NCBI GenBank assembly: GCA_030390025.1
Contig: CM059425.1
Location: 153,636,001 to 153,700,000 of the forward strand
Source: Squalus acanthias
Taxonomy: Eukaryota
Direction of reading: 5' to 3'
Length of the DNA: 64,000 nt
Positions 24,184 to 36,861 of this stretch are shown piece after piece. The translations under genes and the position numbers were made by a program. Within the stretch, counting starts at the first letter, position 1, and each line of letters begins with the position of its first letter. The notes under the pieces are model-generated. The model did no database searches, was not told where the DNA came from, and worked only from the letters and a program-made list of their open reading frames with translations.

Positions 24184-24651
24184 TCCCTCTTGTACTTTAC
24201 ATAATCTTCCTGGTTGTTAACTGAATTTTGCTCCTGAATTTTGGCAAAAGGCTCCTTTTTCTGTTTTATTTATCTTTTAATTCTTTTGTCATCCAGGGCA
24301 CATTAGCTTTGGATGCTCTACCTTTCCATTCAAAGATAATGCCTAGTTTGTACTTGAACTATCTCTTCCCTGAATGCCCTCCATTGCTCCATTACTGCTT
24401 TACCCTGCAATCTCCTTTTCCAATATACCTGTGCTAGGTCCCTTCTTAAATCATTGGAACTAGTTCTTCCCAGTTTAGCATTTTTACCTTTGAGATTTTC
24501 TGGTCTCTTTCCATAATTACTTTAAACTGAATTATGTTGTGGTCACTGTTAGCTGGATGATCTTTTACTGTAACACACTCCACTTGTCCTACTGCATTTC
24601 ACAAAACCAGATCGAACACTGCTTCCTTCCTTTTTGGACTGGAGACATATT

Positions 24652-25502
24652 GGCCTGAATTTTAATGGGAAGGCGGGTTGGGGACTGTCAGGAAACCCGG
24701 GAGAACAGGTTTCCATCAGGTCCTGCCAAACTTAACGGCAGGGCCTGATTTGCATGGGAAACCTCTTTCCCACCTGCAGCCAGCCAAATTGAAAGGCTGG
24801 CTGGCTCTGGGCGAGTAGGCCTGCGGCACTAGGCCACAGAGAGGAGGGATGGAGGGATCGCGTGAGGGCCGGTGGAGCGGGGGGGGGGGGCGGGGAGGGA
24901 GGGTGACAGTCGGGGGCCAGGACCAACATGGAGGGGTCGGTCGAGTGAGGATCGGGGGCCGGGACCAGCGTGGGGTGGTTGGGTACGGATTGGGGTCCGG
25001 ACGAGCAGGATGGGAGGTTAGGGAATGATTGGAGGCGGAGGAGCAGATCGGGGGCCAGAGCAGCAGATCGCGGACTAGAGGAATGGGGTCGGGGCGAGGC
25101 CTCGTGGAGTGGATCAGAGGCCTCGTGGGAGCGTCTTTGATATGGCCGGGGATGGTTTAGGCAGGGACGCTGGATCCAGGAGGTAAGTATAAAGGCACTT
25201 AACTCCTGGATCCATTAGTCCTCACCTTCAATTAGCTGGCGGGTTTCACAAGGCCTGAGAAACCCGACCAGCTAAAGTTAAATTCAAAATGGAGGTTAAA
25301 GCAGAGGCTTCCAGCCTCATTATAATATTTAAATAGATGACCCGCCTCCTGGGAGTGGGTTGGCTGCTCGCCCTCGTCCCGCCTCTGTTAAAACCGAAAG
25401 TGGGCGGGTTGGAAGCGGGTTCTGGTCGGGATTCAGATTTTTAACACTTTAACTTCCCACACGACCCCAATCCACCCGTCTTTTTAGGTTAAAACTCCCT
25501 CC
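24652..25502. mobile_element. Harbinger MITE
   Basis: ATT TSD; ends GGCCTGAATTTTAA / TTAAAACTCCCTCC. Confidence 0.85.
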
Positions 25503-26071
25503 ATTAATCGATAAAGTTCTCCTGTGCACATATCAGAAATTCTTCTCCTTCTCTACCTTAAGTACTATGGGGTAGAATTCGTGTGTTTAGCGCCATACGT
25601 TAGCGCCATGAGCTGACGCTAAAATTCCGTTCAGTGCTCTACCGCCAGCTGATGGCGATTCAAGCGCCACACGCCATATCCGTCCTGCCGGTAGCACTGC
25701 CGCTAAACTCAATTGCCAGGGACATCGCAGTCACGGAGATCATGACATTAGTGAGTGTGCAACACTCACTTGACGCCCAATCTCCCAACTTCGTTTTGGC
25801 CATTGAACTTACTGACTGGAGAAAGTAACGACAGGTTGAGGTGGCATGCAGCAGCAGGAAGCCGGCTGCAGTGACCCTATTAAAAGGGATCATCACCAGT
25901 CACTCGCACCTGACAGGGTTTTGAACTTTGAGTGGCTGTGTGCTACTTCTTGCAACTGCAAGAGTTATCTTTATTTATTTCAGGTTATTTAGTCTCAGGG
26001 AGTGTTCTGGCAAGTACAAAACTCCATACTTATTTTTGAAATGCTTCAACTTACAGCATTTGCTAAAAGTC

Positions 26072-26645
26072 ATGGGGGCTGTACTGGCAGTCGACCTCGC
26101 CCTCCAGGATCTACAGCGGAGGGAGTGGAGGCAGCGAGAAAGATGGCAACATGTGCACAGAGGGAGGAGGAGGGCCAACAGGGCACGCAACAGGAGGCCT
26201 TCCCCTCCTAGGGTCTTCTGACATCACTTCTCCTACCTTCAATTAAGCAAGGAGCAGTGTATTAGGAGGCTTCACTTCACCAAGGAGGTGGTCACAGAAC
26301 TCTGCCACCTCCTGCAACCAGACCTCCAGCCTCAGACCAGGGCAACCACAGCTCTCCCAGTGGCAGTCAAGGTCACCGTCACACTCAATTTCTTCGCCAG
26401 CGGATCCTTCCTGTCTGCAGCAGGAGACATAGCTAACATCTCACAGTTCGCTGTCCATCACTGCATCCGGGAGATCACTGATACTCTCTACACCAGGAGA
26501 AGGGATTACATTGGCTTCCCAATTACCAGAGAGAAGCAGGACGAGCGTGCATGTGGCTTTGCCAGGATAGCGGCCTTCCCCATGGTGCAGGGCGCCACCG
26601 GCTGCACCCACGTGGCTTTGCGGGCACTGCATAACAATCCTGGTT
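26072..26645 (+). pseudogene. Harbinger transposase N-terminal half
   Basis: MGAVL...PPRVF*...CIRRLHFTKEVVTELCHLLQ...LNFFASGSF...ISQFAVHHCIREIT...FPMVQGATGCTHV (GAIDCTH motif mutated); in-frame TGA at 26219; truncated. Confidence 0.9.
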
Positions 26646-27099
26646 AGGGACCAAAAATGAGACCTCGCTCATTGGTGCCTTCAGGGACAGGCTGCTCGGA
26701 TGCTTGCTGATTATCTGAAAGCAGAAAGGCACAAGAGTCATGTTATGGTGAGAGGAGGGGGCAGGAAGGTAGAAATGCATGCATAGAGCATGATTTGCTT
26801 GAAAGTGAGAAAAAGATTGTGGGCTCAGGAGGAAGTGGGATGTGAGAAGACGGATTAGGAATGAATATACCGTTTGACATAAGAAAACTACTAGGCACTT
26901 GGTCTAAGCGTTAAACAAAGCTTTAATCAACTGTTTTTCAACATGGAGATTTAGTTGTGTCCTTCACTAGTTCCTGTTAAGGAATGTCCTGAGCAAGCTG
27001 GGCCCATGCCCGAGTATTTATACTCTCCCTGGACAGCGTCACCAGCAGGCCGCCCAGTATTACTTCATAAGTCATTTCACATGAATGACAAGATTCATG

Positions 27100-27743
27100 T
27101 CACCGTTGTTGTCCCCAAGAGGGTCAATGTCGCCGGTGGCCATGGTGCCGATGATCTGGCACCCAATGATCTCCAGAACTCTCGTCTCCAGCGGGCTCAG
27201 CCCTTCAACCTGGGCTTGGCCCCTGCCTGTCCACTCCTGCTCACGCCGGTTGTGAGCCACCTATGCCTGCAAGAGAAAGGAAAGTGTGTGAGTGAGTGTG
27301 GTTCAATGTGTTTGGGTGATGTGCCTGCCATAGTTGAATAACTGTCACTGTGTTCAAGTTGTGAGATGTGCGTGTGAGTGTTGATAGGTAGAGATTGTTG
27401 GTGGGTGAGTGCTGGGGGGGGCGGGGGTGGTGCATTGAACAGTGTGTGAAGCTTGTGGTACAGATGGTGGTATGCAGCATTTGTTGAAGCCTTCACTCAC
27501 CCTGACCACCTGTGTGATGTTGTTAAACTTCTTCCTGCACTGGGTGTGGGACTTGGGGACCACAGTGCTGTCCGTGATGTGCTGTGCCACCTCCCTCCAC
27601 ATAGTGCGGCAAACTTGTGGCGAGGGCCTCCTGCCAGTTGCCCGGTACAGGACCACCTGCCTTCTCTCCACCACAAAAGCCAGTGCCTCCTAAGCTTCAT
27701 CCGAGAACCTCCGGGCTCTCTCCCTGGAGTGACAATCTGCCAT
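27100..27743 (-). pseudogene. Harbinger Myb/SANT-like gene, two exons (27743-27501 and 27266-~27100)
   Basis: MADCHSRERARRFSDEA*EAL...MWREVAQHI...TQCRKKFNNI, donor GTGAGT, acceptor TTCTCTTGCAG, then A*VAHNRREQEWTGRG...LSPLETRVLEIIG; two TAG stops. Confidence 0.85.
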
Positions 27744-29719
27744 CAGGATTTGTCAATAACTGTTCCTTCTCTTGTCCTTCTTCTTTTTCTTCTTATGGTT
27801 GTTGGGGCAGCTGCACACCCAACAATGCTGAGAATGAGGTGCTGCAGCATCAATGAACCTCCCCTTTAAGTAGTGAAAAAGTTTGCGGCAAATATTACTT
27901 GCAATTGGACTGCCCCCGATATTGGTCCACCTTTTCAGTGTAACGCCAATGAGCTTGAGTTTTTAGACTATAATCATGACTATAATCATTTTACTGAGGA
28001 GTGAGCATGAATTTTACGTGTATCCTAGACGCTTTTCAGGTTGCGCAGCTAAACCAAAATCTTCGAATATTATTACGCTATTTTTGTTACATGCCGTTGA
28101 AATTTGCCAACAAATTTGCTCATCTATCTCCTTCTCACTGTCTGGGGTTCGATAAAAGCTCCCAACAATGTAACAACTCAAGCCAAATAGATTCAGTCCT
28201 AGTACCAACCAATAAATTCTATCTAGTTAGTACTGTAATATCATCCTTAATCAATACTGCCATGCCCCCTCCTCTTTTTCCTTCTCTATAATTCCTGAAT
28301 ATTTGGTAACCAGGAATATTAAGAACCCATACCTGCCCTTGTTTGAACCATGTTTTTGTTAATGAAACTACGTCATAATCCCATGTAGTAATTTGCACCT
28401 GCAGCTCACCAACCTTATTAGTTACACTATGGACATTGACATACATACAATTCAAGACCTCCTTTGTCACTTTTGCTATTTTCCTCAATCTGGTCCCCGC
28501 AATTTTTGGGATATTCCAAATTTTACCGCTGTTTACATCTCTCTGCCCTCTGATCTCATTTCTGCCCCTTTCTGCTATTTCCTGGTTCCCCTCTCCAGCC
28601 AAATTAGTTTAAACCCTTCCAAACAGTACTAGTCAACCACTCAGCGAGAACATTCATCCCGGCTTTGTTCAGTTGCAAATCGTCCATCTTGTGAAGGTGC
28701 ATCTTCCCCCAGAACTGGTCCCAATGCCCCAAGAATCTGAAATCCTGCACCACTTCTCCAGCCACGCATTTATCTGCACTATCTTCCTGTTTCTATACTC
28801 ACTAGCACGTGGCACAGGGAGTAATCCTGAGATTACTACCTTTGACGTCCTTTTTTAATTCTTTTTTCTAGCTCCTGAAACTCTGCCTGAAGGACCTCAA
28901 TACTTTTCCTATCTATGTTATTGGTTTCAACATGGACCACGACTTCTGGCTATTCCTCTTCCCCTCGCAGAATGTCCTGCACCCGCTTGGTGATATCATT
29001 TACCCTGGCACCAGGGAGGCAATATACCATTTGGGAATCACGATTGTGGTTACAGCAATGCCTGCCTTTGCCTAACTATCAAAACCCCTATGAGTACTGC
29101 ATTTCTAATTTTCTTTTCCCCTCTGTGCAGTCAAATCTCTCGTGGTGCCAGGGGTTTGATTCTTACTGCATTCCTCCAAGGAGTTGTCACCCTCTCCTGC
29201 ATTCAAAACTGAAAACTGGTTAGCGAGTGCCACTGGCTTGGTGTTTCCTGTACTGCCTGTGTTTTCCTTCTACCCTGTCTGGTGGTCACCCATTCCCTCA
29301 CCCTCTGCACTGTCTGTGGCAGTGGGGTGACCGCCTCCTGGAACGTACGTTTGAGGAAAGTCTTAGGCTCCCGGATCTTACTGAATGGCGGAGCAGGCAT
29401 GAAGGGCCGAATGGCCTACTCCTGCTCCTATTTCACTGAGTCACTGCAGTCACTCCAGCCGCTCATCAAGCTTCGAAGCTTGGAACTTGAGCTCGAGCAA
29501 CTGGCAGCACTTCCTGCACTCATGGTTATTCAGGACCATGAAGTGTCCTGGAATTCCCACATAGAACAGAATGTGCATGCAATGGATTCCCGCTGGCCTG
29601 CCACGATAGTCAATCCACTGACCTTTAAATCACTAAGACCCTGATGACTAAAACACTTGACACTGAACTCTAAAAATCTAAGACACTGAAGCCTAAGACA
29701 CTGAGATACTGACCTACAA

Positions 29720-32617
29720 AAACATAAGAACATATGAAATAGGAGCAAGAGAAGGCCATTCAGCCCTTTGAGCCTGCTCCCTCATTCAATAAGATCATGG
29801 CTGATCTTCTACCTCAACTCCACATTCCCACACTATCCTCATATCCCCTGATTCTCTTAGTATCCAAAAATCTATCAATCTCTGTCTTGAAAATACTCAA
29901 CGACTGACCATCCACAGCTCTCTGGGGTATAGAATTCCAAAGATGCACAACCCTTTCTCCTCATCTCAGCCCTAAATGGTTGACTCCTTATTCTGAGACT
30001 GTGACTCCTAGTTCTCGAATCCCCAGCCAGGGAAAATATCCTCCCAGCATCTTCCATGTCAAAGCCTGTAAGAATTTTATATGTTTCAATGAGATCACCT
30101 CTCATTCTTCTAAACTCTAGGGAGTATAGGCCTAGTCATCCTCACCAATCTGCCTGTCACAGAAGCATCTGTCCATGACAGTATTGGTAGCAGTGACCAC
30201 CGCACAGTCATTGTGGAGACGAAGTCCCGTCTTCACACTGAGGACACCCTTCATTGTGTTGTGTGGCACTACCACCATGCTAAATGGGATAGATTCAGAA
30301 CAGATCTAGCAGCTGAAAACTGGGCATCCATGAGGCATTGTGGGCCATCAGCAGCTGCAGAATTGTATTCCACCACAATCTGTAACCTCGTGGCCTGGCA
30401 TATCTCTCACTCTACCATTACCATCAAGCCAGGGGACCAACCCTGGTTCAATAAGGAGTGTAGAAGAGCATGCCAGGAGCAGCACCTGGCGTACCTAAAA
30501 ATGAGGTGCCAACCTGGGGAAGCTGCAACACAGGACTACATGCATGCTAAAAAGCGGAAGCAGCATGTTATAGACAGGGCTAAGCGATCGCACAATCAAC
30601 GGATCAGGTCAAAGCTCTGCAGTCCTGCCACATCCAATCGTGAATGGTGGTGGACCATTAAACAACTAACGGGAGGAGGAGGCTCCATGAATATCGTCAT
30701 CCTCAATGATGGAGGAGCCCAGCACGTGAGTGCAAAAGACAAGGCTGAAGCATTTGCAACCATCTTCAGCCAGAGGTGCCGAGTGGATGATCCATATCGG
30801 CCTCCTCCTGAGGTCCACACCATCACAGAAGTCAGCCTTCAGCCAATTCAATTCACTCCACGTGATTTCAAGAAACGGCTCAGCGCACTGGATACAGCAA
30901 AGGCTATGGGCCCTGACAACATCCCGGCTATCGTGCTGAAGACTTGTGCTCCAGAACTAGCCGCGCCTCTAGCCAAGCTATTCCGGCGCAGCTACAACAC
31001 TGGCATCTATCCGACAATGTGGAAAACTGCCCAGGTATGTCCTGTCCACAAAAAGCAGGACAAATCCAATCTGGCCAATTACCGCCCCATCAGTCTACTC
31101 TCAATCATCAGCAAAGTGATGGAAGGTGTCATCGACAGAGCTATCAAGCGGCACTTACTCACCTATAACCTGCTCACTCATGCCTAGTTTGGGTTCCGCC
31201 AAGACCACTCTGCTCCCGACCTCATTACAGCCTTGGTCCAAACATGGACAAACGAGCTGAATTCCAGAAGTGAGGTGAGAGTGACTGCCCTTGACATCAA
31301 GGCAGCATTTGACCGAGTGTGGCATGAAGGAGCCCTAGTAAAACTGAAGTCAATGGGAATCGGGGGGAAAACTCTCCACTGGCTGGAGTCATACCTAGCT
31401 CAAAGGAAGATGGTTGAAGGTCAATCATCACAGCCCCAGGACATCGCTGCAGGAGTTCCTCAGAGCAGTGTCCTAGGCCCAACCATCTTCAGCTGCTTCA
31501 TCAATGACCTTCCCTCCAACATAAGGTCAGAAATGGAGATGTTCGCTGATGACTGCACAGTGTTCAGTGCCATTCACAACTCCTCAGATAATGAAGCAGT
31601 CCATGCCCATATGCAACAAGACCTGGATGACGTTCAGGCTTGGGATGATAAGTGGCAGGTAACATTTGCGCCACATAAGTGCCAGGCAATGACTATCTCC
31701 AACAAGTGAGAGTCTAACCACCGCCCCTTGACATTCAATGGCATTACCATCGCCGAATCCCCCACCATCAACATCCTGGGGGTCACCATTGACCAGAAAT
31801 TTGACTGGACCAGCCACATAAATACTGTGGCAACAAGAGCAGGTCAGAGGCTGGGTATTCTGCGGCGAGTGTCTCACCTCCTGACTCCACAAAGCCTTTC
31901 TACCATCTACAAGCCACAAGTAAGGAGTGTGATGGAATACTCTCCACTTGCCTGGATGAGTGCAGCTACAACAACACTAAAGAAGCTCGATACCATCCAG
32001 GACAAAGCAGCCCACTTGATTGGCACCCCCTCTACCCCCTTAAACATTCACTCCCTCCACGACCGGAGTACCATGGATGCATTGTGTACCATCTATAAGA
32101 TGTACTGCAGCAAACCACCAAGGCTTCTTCGGCAGCACCTCCCAAACCCGTGACCTCTTCCACCTAGAAGGACAAGGGCAGCAGGTGCATGGGAATACCA
32201 CCACCTCCAAGTTCCCCTCCAAGTCACACACCATCCTGACTTAGAAGTATATCGTCGATCCTTCATCGTTGCTGGGTCAAAATCCTGGAACTCCCTGCCT
32301 AACAGCACTGTGGGAGTACCTTCACCACACGGACTGCAGCGGTTCAAGAAGGCGGCTCACCACCACCTTCTCAAGGGCAATTAGGGATAGGCAATAAATG
32401 CTGGCCTTGCCAGCGACGCCCACATCCCATAAACGAATAATTAAAAAAAAGTCTACTCAACCTCATCTCACAGGACAATCCTCTTATCCCAGGAATCAGT
32501 CTAGTGAACCTTTGCTGCACTCGCTCTAAGGCATGTATATCCTTCCTTAGGTAAGGAGACCAAAACTGTATACAGTACTCCAGGTGTGGTCTCACCAAGG
32601 CCCTATCTAATTGCAGT
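29720..32617 (-). mobile_element. CR1 3' fragment (29720-30137 + 32451-32617) interrupted by a + strand LINE
   Basis: RGDLIETYKIL and VRPHLEYCIQFWSPY in the two halves, which join across the insert with an AGTC-like duplication. Confidence 0.9.
30138..32450 (+). mobile_element. CR1/L2-group LINE, 5'-truncated: APE C-terminus, RT and 3' tail
   Basis: DSIGSSDHRTV; KAMGPDNIP; NYRPISLLS; DIKAAFDRVWH; GVPQSSVLGP; FADDC; few stops; tail GCAATAAATGCTGGCC...A-rich. Confidence 0.95.
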
Positions 32618-34934
32618 CTAAAACTGACCTCTGAAATACTGAGATACTAAAATAGTAAAAAGTTAACTAAAAATACTGGAAATGATATTTATAAATCTAA
32701 AACACAATGGAAACTACCATCAATCAAATTTCAACAATGAAGAAATGAACAATTTAATAAAACAAACTAACAAATGAATACTTAACTGTTACCCACCAAT
32801 CTTCTCCCTCCGCGGCCATGACATCACTTTTAAATTTTGTTTTCAGTTTTCTGCATTGAACTTACGCACATACTCTGACTTTGCCCTCTAACATCGTTTC
32901 CACTCGCCCGCTCTCTCCGCTCTCACTCTCTCACTATCCAAGATGGAGGTATAATGTAGGACATAACTTCAGTTAGACCTTCAGGAGTCTTACCCTCTCT
33001 AGACCTTTTCATTGCAAACTGTCAGCATGACATTGGCCATCTCAATGTCTCTGCTCCCCTCACTCCAACCTACCTCCCTCTGAACTTGCAGCACTCCGTT
33101 CTCTCAGATCCAACCCTAACATTGTCATTAAACCTGCTGACAAGGGTGGCGCTGTTGTTGTTTGGCGAACCGACCTCTACCTTGCGGAGGCTGAACGCTA
33201 AGTCTCTGACACCTCCTCCTACCTTCCCATGGACTATGACCCCACTACCAAACATCAAGCCATCATTTCCAAAACTGTCACTGACCTCATCTCCTCTGGA
33301 GATCTTCCCTCCACGGCCGCCAACCTCATAGTCCCCCAACCCCGCATAGCCCGCTTCTACTTCCTTCCCAAGATCCACAAACAGGACTGCGCTGGTAGAC
33401 CCATTGTTTCAGCCTGTTCTTGCCTCATGGAACTAATTTCTTCCTATCTCAACTCTATTTTTTCTCCCTTGTCCAGTCTCTTCCCACCTACATATGCGAC
33501 TCTTCCGATGCCCTCCGCCACTTTAACAGTTTCCAGTTTCCTGGCCCCAACTGTCTCCTTTTTGCCATGGCCATCCAATCTCTTTACACCTCCATCCCCC
33601 ACCAGGATGGCTTGAGGGCGTTCCGCCCAACCAGTCCCCATCCACCACCACCCTCCTCCACCTGGCTGAACTTGTTGTCACATTGAACAACTTCTCCTTT
33701 GAATCCACTCACTTCGTCCAAATAAAAGGTGTTGCTATGGAAACCCGCATGGGTCCTAGCTATGCCTGCCTTTTCGTGGGATATGTGGAACATTCTTCGT
33801 TCTAGTCCTACTCAGGTCCCCTCCCTCACCTTTTTTTCTGGTACATTGATGACTGTATCAGTTCTGTTTCCTGCTCTTGCCCTGAACTGGAAAATTTTAT
33901 TCACTTTGCTTCAAACTTTGACCCATCCCTCACCTTTGCATGATCCATCTCCGACTCTTCCCAACCCTTGCTCGACTTCTCTGTCTCTATTTCTGGGGAT
34001 AGGCTATCGACAAACATCCACTATAAGCCCACAGCTACCTAGACTACACTTCCTCCCACCCCGCTCCCTGTAAGGACTCTATTCCATTCTCCCAATTTCC
34101 TCATCTCTGTCGCATCTGTATTGACGATGCCACCTTCCATACCAGTGCTGCCGACATGTCTTCCTTTACCTTAACTGAGGATTTCCCTTTACCGTAGTTG
34201 ACATGGCCGTCGACCATATCCGTTCCATCTCCTGCACTTCTGCTCTCACCCCTTCCCCTCCCTCCCAGATCCATGATAGGGTTCCCCTTGTCCTCACCTT
34301 TCACCCCACCAGCCTCCACACTCAATGGATCATCCTCTACCATTCCCGCCATCTCCAGCGTGATCTCACCACCAAACACATCTTCCCCTCCCTTCTCCTT
34401 TCAGCATTCCGAAGGGCCGCTCCCTCTGCGACACCCTGGTCCACTCCTCAATCACCCCCAACACCCTCTCCCCTTACCATGGAACCTTTCCATGCAAGCG
34501 CAGGAGATGCAACACCTGCCCTTTTACCTCCTCCCTTCCCACTGTCCAGGGCCCCAAACACTCCTTCCAGGTGAAACAGCGATTTACTTGTACTTCTTGC
34601 AATTTAGTATACTGTATTCGCTGCTCACGATGCAGTCTCCTCTACATTGGGGAGATCAAACGTGGATTAGGCGACCGCTTTGTGAAACACCTCCATTCAG
34701 TCCACAAGCGTGACCCCAAGCTTCTGGTCGCCTGTCACTTTAATTCTCCGCTCCACTCCTGCTCTGACCTCTCTGTTCTCGGCCTCTTACATTGTTCCAA
34801 CGAAGCCCAACGTAAGGTTAAGGAACAGTACCTTATCTTTCTATTAGGCAATTTACAGCCTTCTGGACTCAACATTGAGTTCAACAATTTTAGACCATAA
34901 CCTCTGCCCCTATTTTTTCAGATGATAGCTGTTG

Positions 34935-35450
34935 ATAGAAACATAGAACATAGAAAAATAGGAGCAGGAGTAGGCCATTCAGCCCTTCGAGCCTGCTCCG
35001 CCATTCAATATGGCCATGGCTGATCCTCTCTCTCAATACCATATTCCCGCTCTCTCCCCATACCCCTTGACGCCTTTTGTGTCTAGAAATCTATCTCCTT
35101 CTTAAATATATTCAGTGACTTGGCCTCCACAGCCTTCTGTGGTAGAGAATTCCACAGGTTCACCACCCTCTGAGTGAAGACATTTCTCCTCATCTCAGTC
35201 CTAGCCAGGGGAAACATCGTCCCTGCATCCAGTCTGTCTAGCCCTGTCAGAATTTTATACGTTTCAATGAGATCCCCTCTCATTCTTCTAAGCTCTAGTG
35301 AATACAGGCCTAGTCAACCCAATCTCTCCTCATACGACAGTCCTGCCATCCCAGGAATCAGTCTGGTGAACCTTCGCTGCACTCCCTCTATGGCAAGTAT
35401 ATCCTTTCTTAGGTAAGGAGACCAAAACTGTACACAGTACTCCAGGTGTA
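34935..35450 (-). mobile_element. CR1 3' fragment inserted in the Penelope element
   Basis: RGDLIETYKIL...FTQRVVNLWNSLP, plus tail. Confidence 0.92.
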
Positions 35451-35667
35451 TACCCATTTACACCTCTTCTAGACCCATCTTTTGTTTCTTTACTTGTCCT
35501 ATTACCATCTCCTTTTGCTTTGTACAATCATACCTTTTGTCATTTAATCACTCCTGCCTTCATCCGTATCACAGACTGTTCCTTTTTTTCTTTCCTCCCC
35601 TCCCTTCCCCCCTTTCACTGCCCCTGCACCTGCTTAAAATTTGCTACATCTCTAACTTTTTCAAGTT

Positions 35668-35702
35668 CTGACAAAAGGTCATCAACTTGAAACTTTAACT
35701 CT
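35668..35702 (+). ncRNA. Degenerate minimal hammerhead ribozyme motif in the Penelope terminus
   Basis: CTGACAA-AAGGTCATCAACTT-GAAAC versus core CUGANGA-stem II-GAAA. The core is mutated, so it is probably inactive. Confidence 0.5.
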
Positions 35703-35894
35703 ATTTCTCTCTCCACAGATGCTGCCTGACCTGCTGAGTGTTTCCAGCATTTTCTGTTTTTATTTCCTTCAGGAGTTTTGATTGATTTAATTTTGGATAA
35801 ACATTACAGACTCTTTCCTTGGGTTATTAAATGGGTTGAGAGAGAATATTTAGAGAGGATTGTGTATGCTCTGTGGAAGGAACTGGCTCAATGG

Positions 35895-36050
35895 AACAAA
35901 TGGCCAATCATCTCAGCCCCGGAACATTGCTGCAGAAGATCCTCAGGGCAGTGTCCTTGGCCCAGTTATCTTTAGCTGCTTCATCAATGAAATTCCCTCC
36001 ATCATAGGATCAGAAGTGGAGCTTTCAGCTCCATTTGCAATGCCTCAATG
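35895..36050 (+). mobile_element. RT fragment of the 30138-32450 family
   Basis: GQSSQPRNIAAEDPQGSVLGPVIFSCFIN. Confidence 0.8.
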
Positions 36051-36084
36051 AAGCATGAACTGGGAAAGCTCTTCTGCTCTTCAA

Positions 36085-36195
36085 ATGTACCAGAGTGTCA
36101 GTCTAGATGATGTGTTCATGTCCTGGAGTGGGGCTTGAATGCACAACCTTCTGACTCAGTGGTGAGAGTACTAACATTGAGTCAAGCTGGCACTT
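36085..36195 (-). mobile_element. Deu-SINE head fragment
   Basis: Reverse complement of 17385-17490. Confidence 0.65.
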
Positions 36196-36361
36196 AATGT
36201 GTTATGGTTGAGTGTATGCCTGTGCATCAGTAAGTGAGAAAGAGGATAAGACATAAGACCAGGTTGATACAACCTCTCAGCAGGGATGAGGCCTGTGGGT
36301 TCATCATCTCCTGACCTTCTCAATGCACTCATAGGCAAGGATGTTTAGTGTAGCCTCCTTA

Positions 36362-36861
36362 AAGTGATGCATTTTGGAAGAAAGAACAAGAAGAGGCAAT
36401 ATAAACTAAATGGTACAATTTTAAAGAGGGTGCAGGAACAGAGGGATCTTGGGGTTCACATACACAAATCTTTGAAGGTGGCAGGACAAGTTGATAAGGT
36501 GGATAATAAATTATACGGGATCCTGGGCTTTATAAATAGAGGAATAGAGTACAAAAGCAAGGAAGTTGTGCTAAACCGTTACAAAACTCTGATTAAGTGT
36601 CAGCTGGAGTATTGTGCCCAATTCTGGCCACCACACTTTAGGAAGGATGTGAAGGCCTTGGCGAGGGTGCAGAGAAAATTTACTCGAATGATACCAGGGT
36701 TGAGGGACCTCAGTTATGTGGAGAGACTAGAGAAGCTAGGGTTGTTCTCCTTAGAGCAGAGAAGGTTAAGGGGAGATTTAATAGAGGTGTTCAAAATTAT
36801 GAAGAAAGAGGAGATTTTTTTTATGCAGCGTGTTGTTATGGTCTGGAACATAATGCCTGAT
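36362..36861 (+). mobile_element. CR1 RT C-terminal fragment
   Basis: QRDLGVHIH...LEYCAQFW...RRLRGDLIEVFK. Confidence 0.92.

Larger units (their letters stand above)
25569..27940. mobile_element. Harbinger with convergent transposase (+) and Myb (-) remnants
   Basis: Left TIR GGGGTAGAATTCG; both ORFs recognisable; right terminus degraded. Confidence 0.85.
20952..32930 (-). mobile_element. Near full-length decayed CR1 LINE (5'UTR, ORF1 Zn-finger/esterase, APE, RT end, tail) split by nested insertions
   Basis: Tail and RT end 20952-21720; linker 21720-22305, 24184-24651 and 25503-25565; APE 28000-28480 (MYVNVHSVTNK...TKTW...KRGGG); ORF1 SGNH-like (YCLPGARV...VVVHVETN) ~28900-29060; CTFCSMWE ~29550-29600; UTR-like 29640-29720 and 32617-32930. 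Much of the RT core is deleted. Confidence 0.75.
32990..35767 (+). mobile_element. Penelope-like element (Neptune-type): RT, GIY-YIG endonuclease and terminal repeat; decayed
   Basis: KPADKGG, FYFLPKIHK...GRPIVS, SLYTSIPH, GVAMETRMGPSYA, YIDD, Cys linker CKRRRCNTC, and NLVYCIRCSRCSLLYIGE (34571-34900). Confidence 0.93.

Noticed and set aside
26072-27743. Domesticated HARBI1 / NAIF1-like host genes
   Set aside because: In-frame stops, a mutated catalytic motif, truncation, a terminal TIR and a location inside a CR1 indicate transposon relics.
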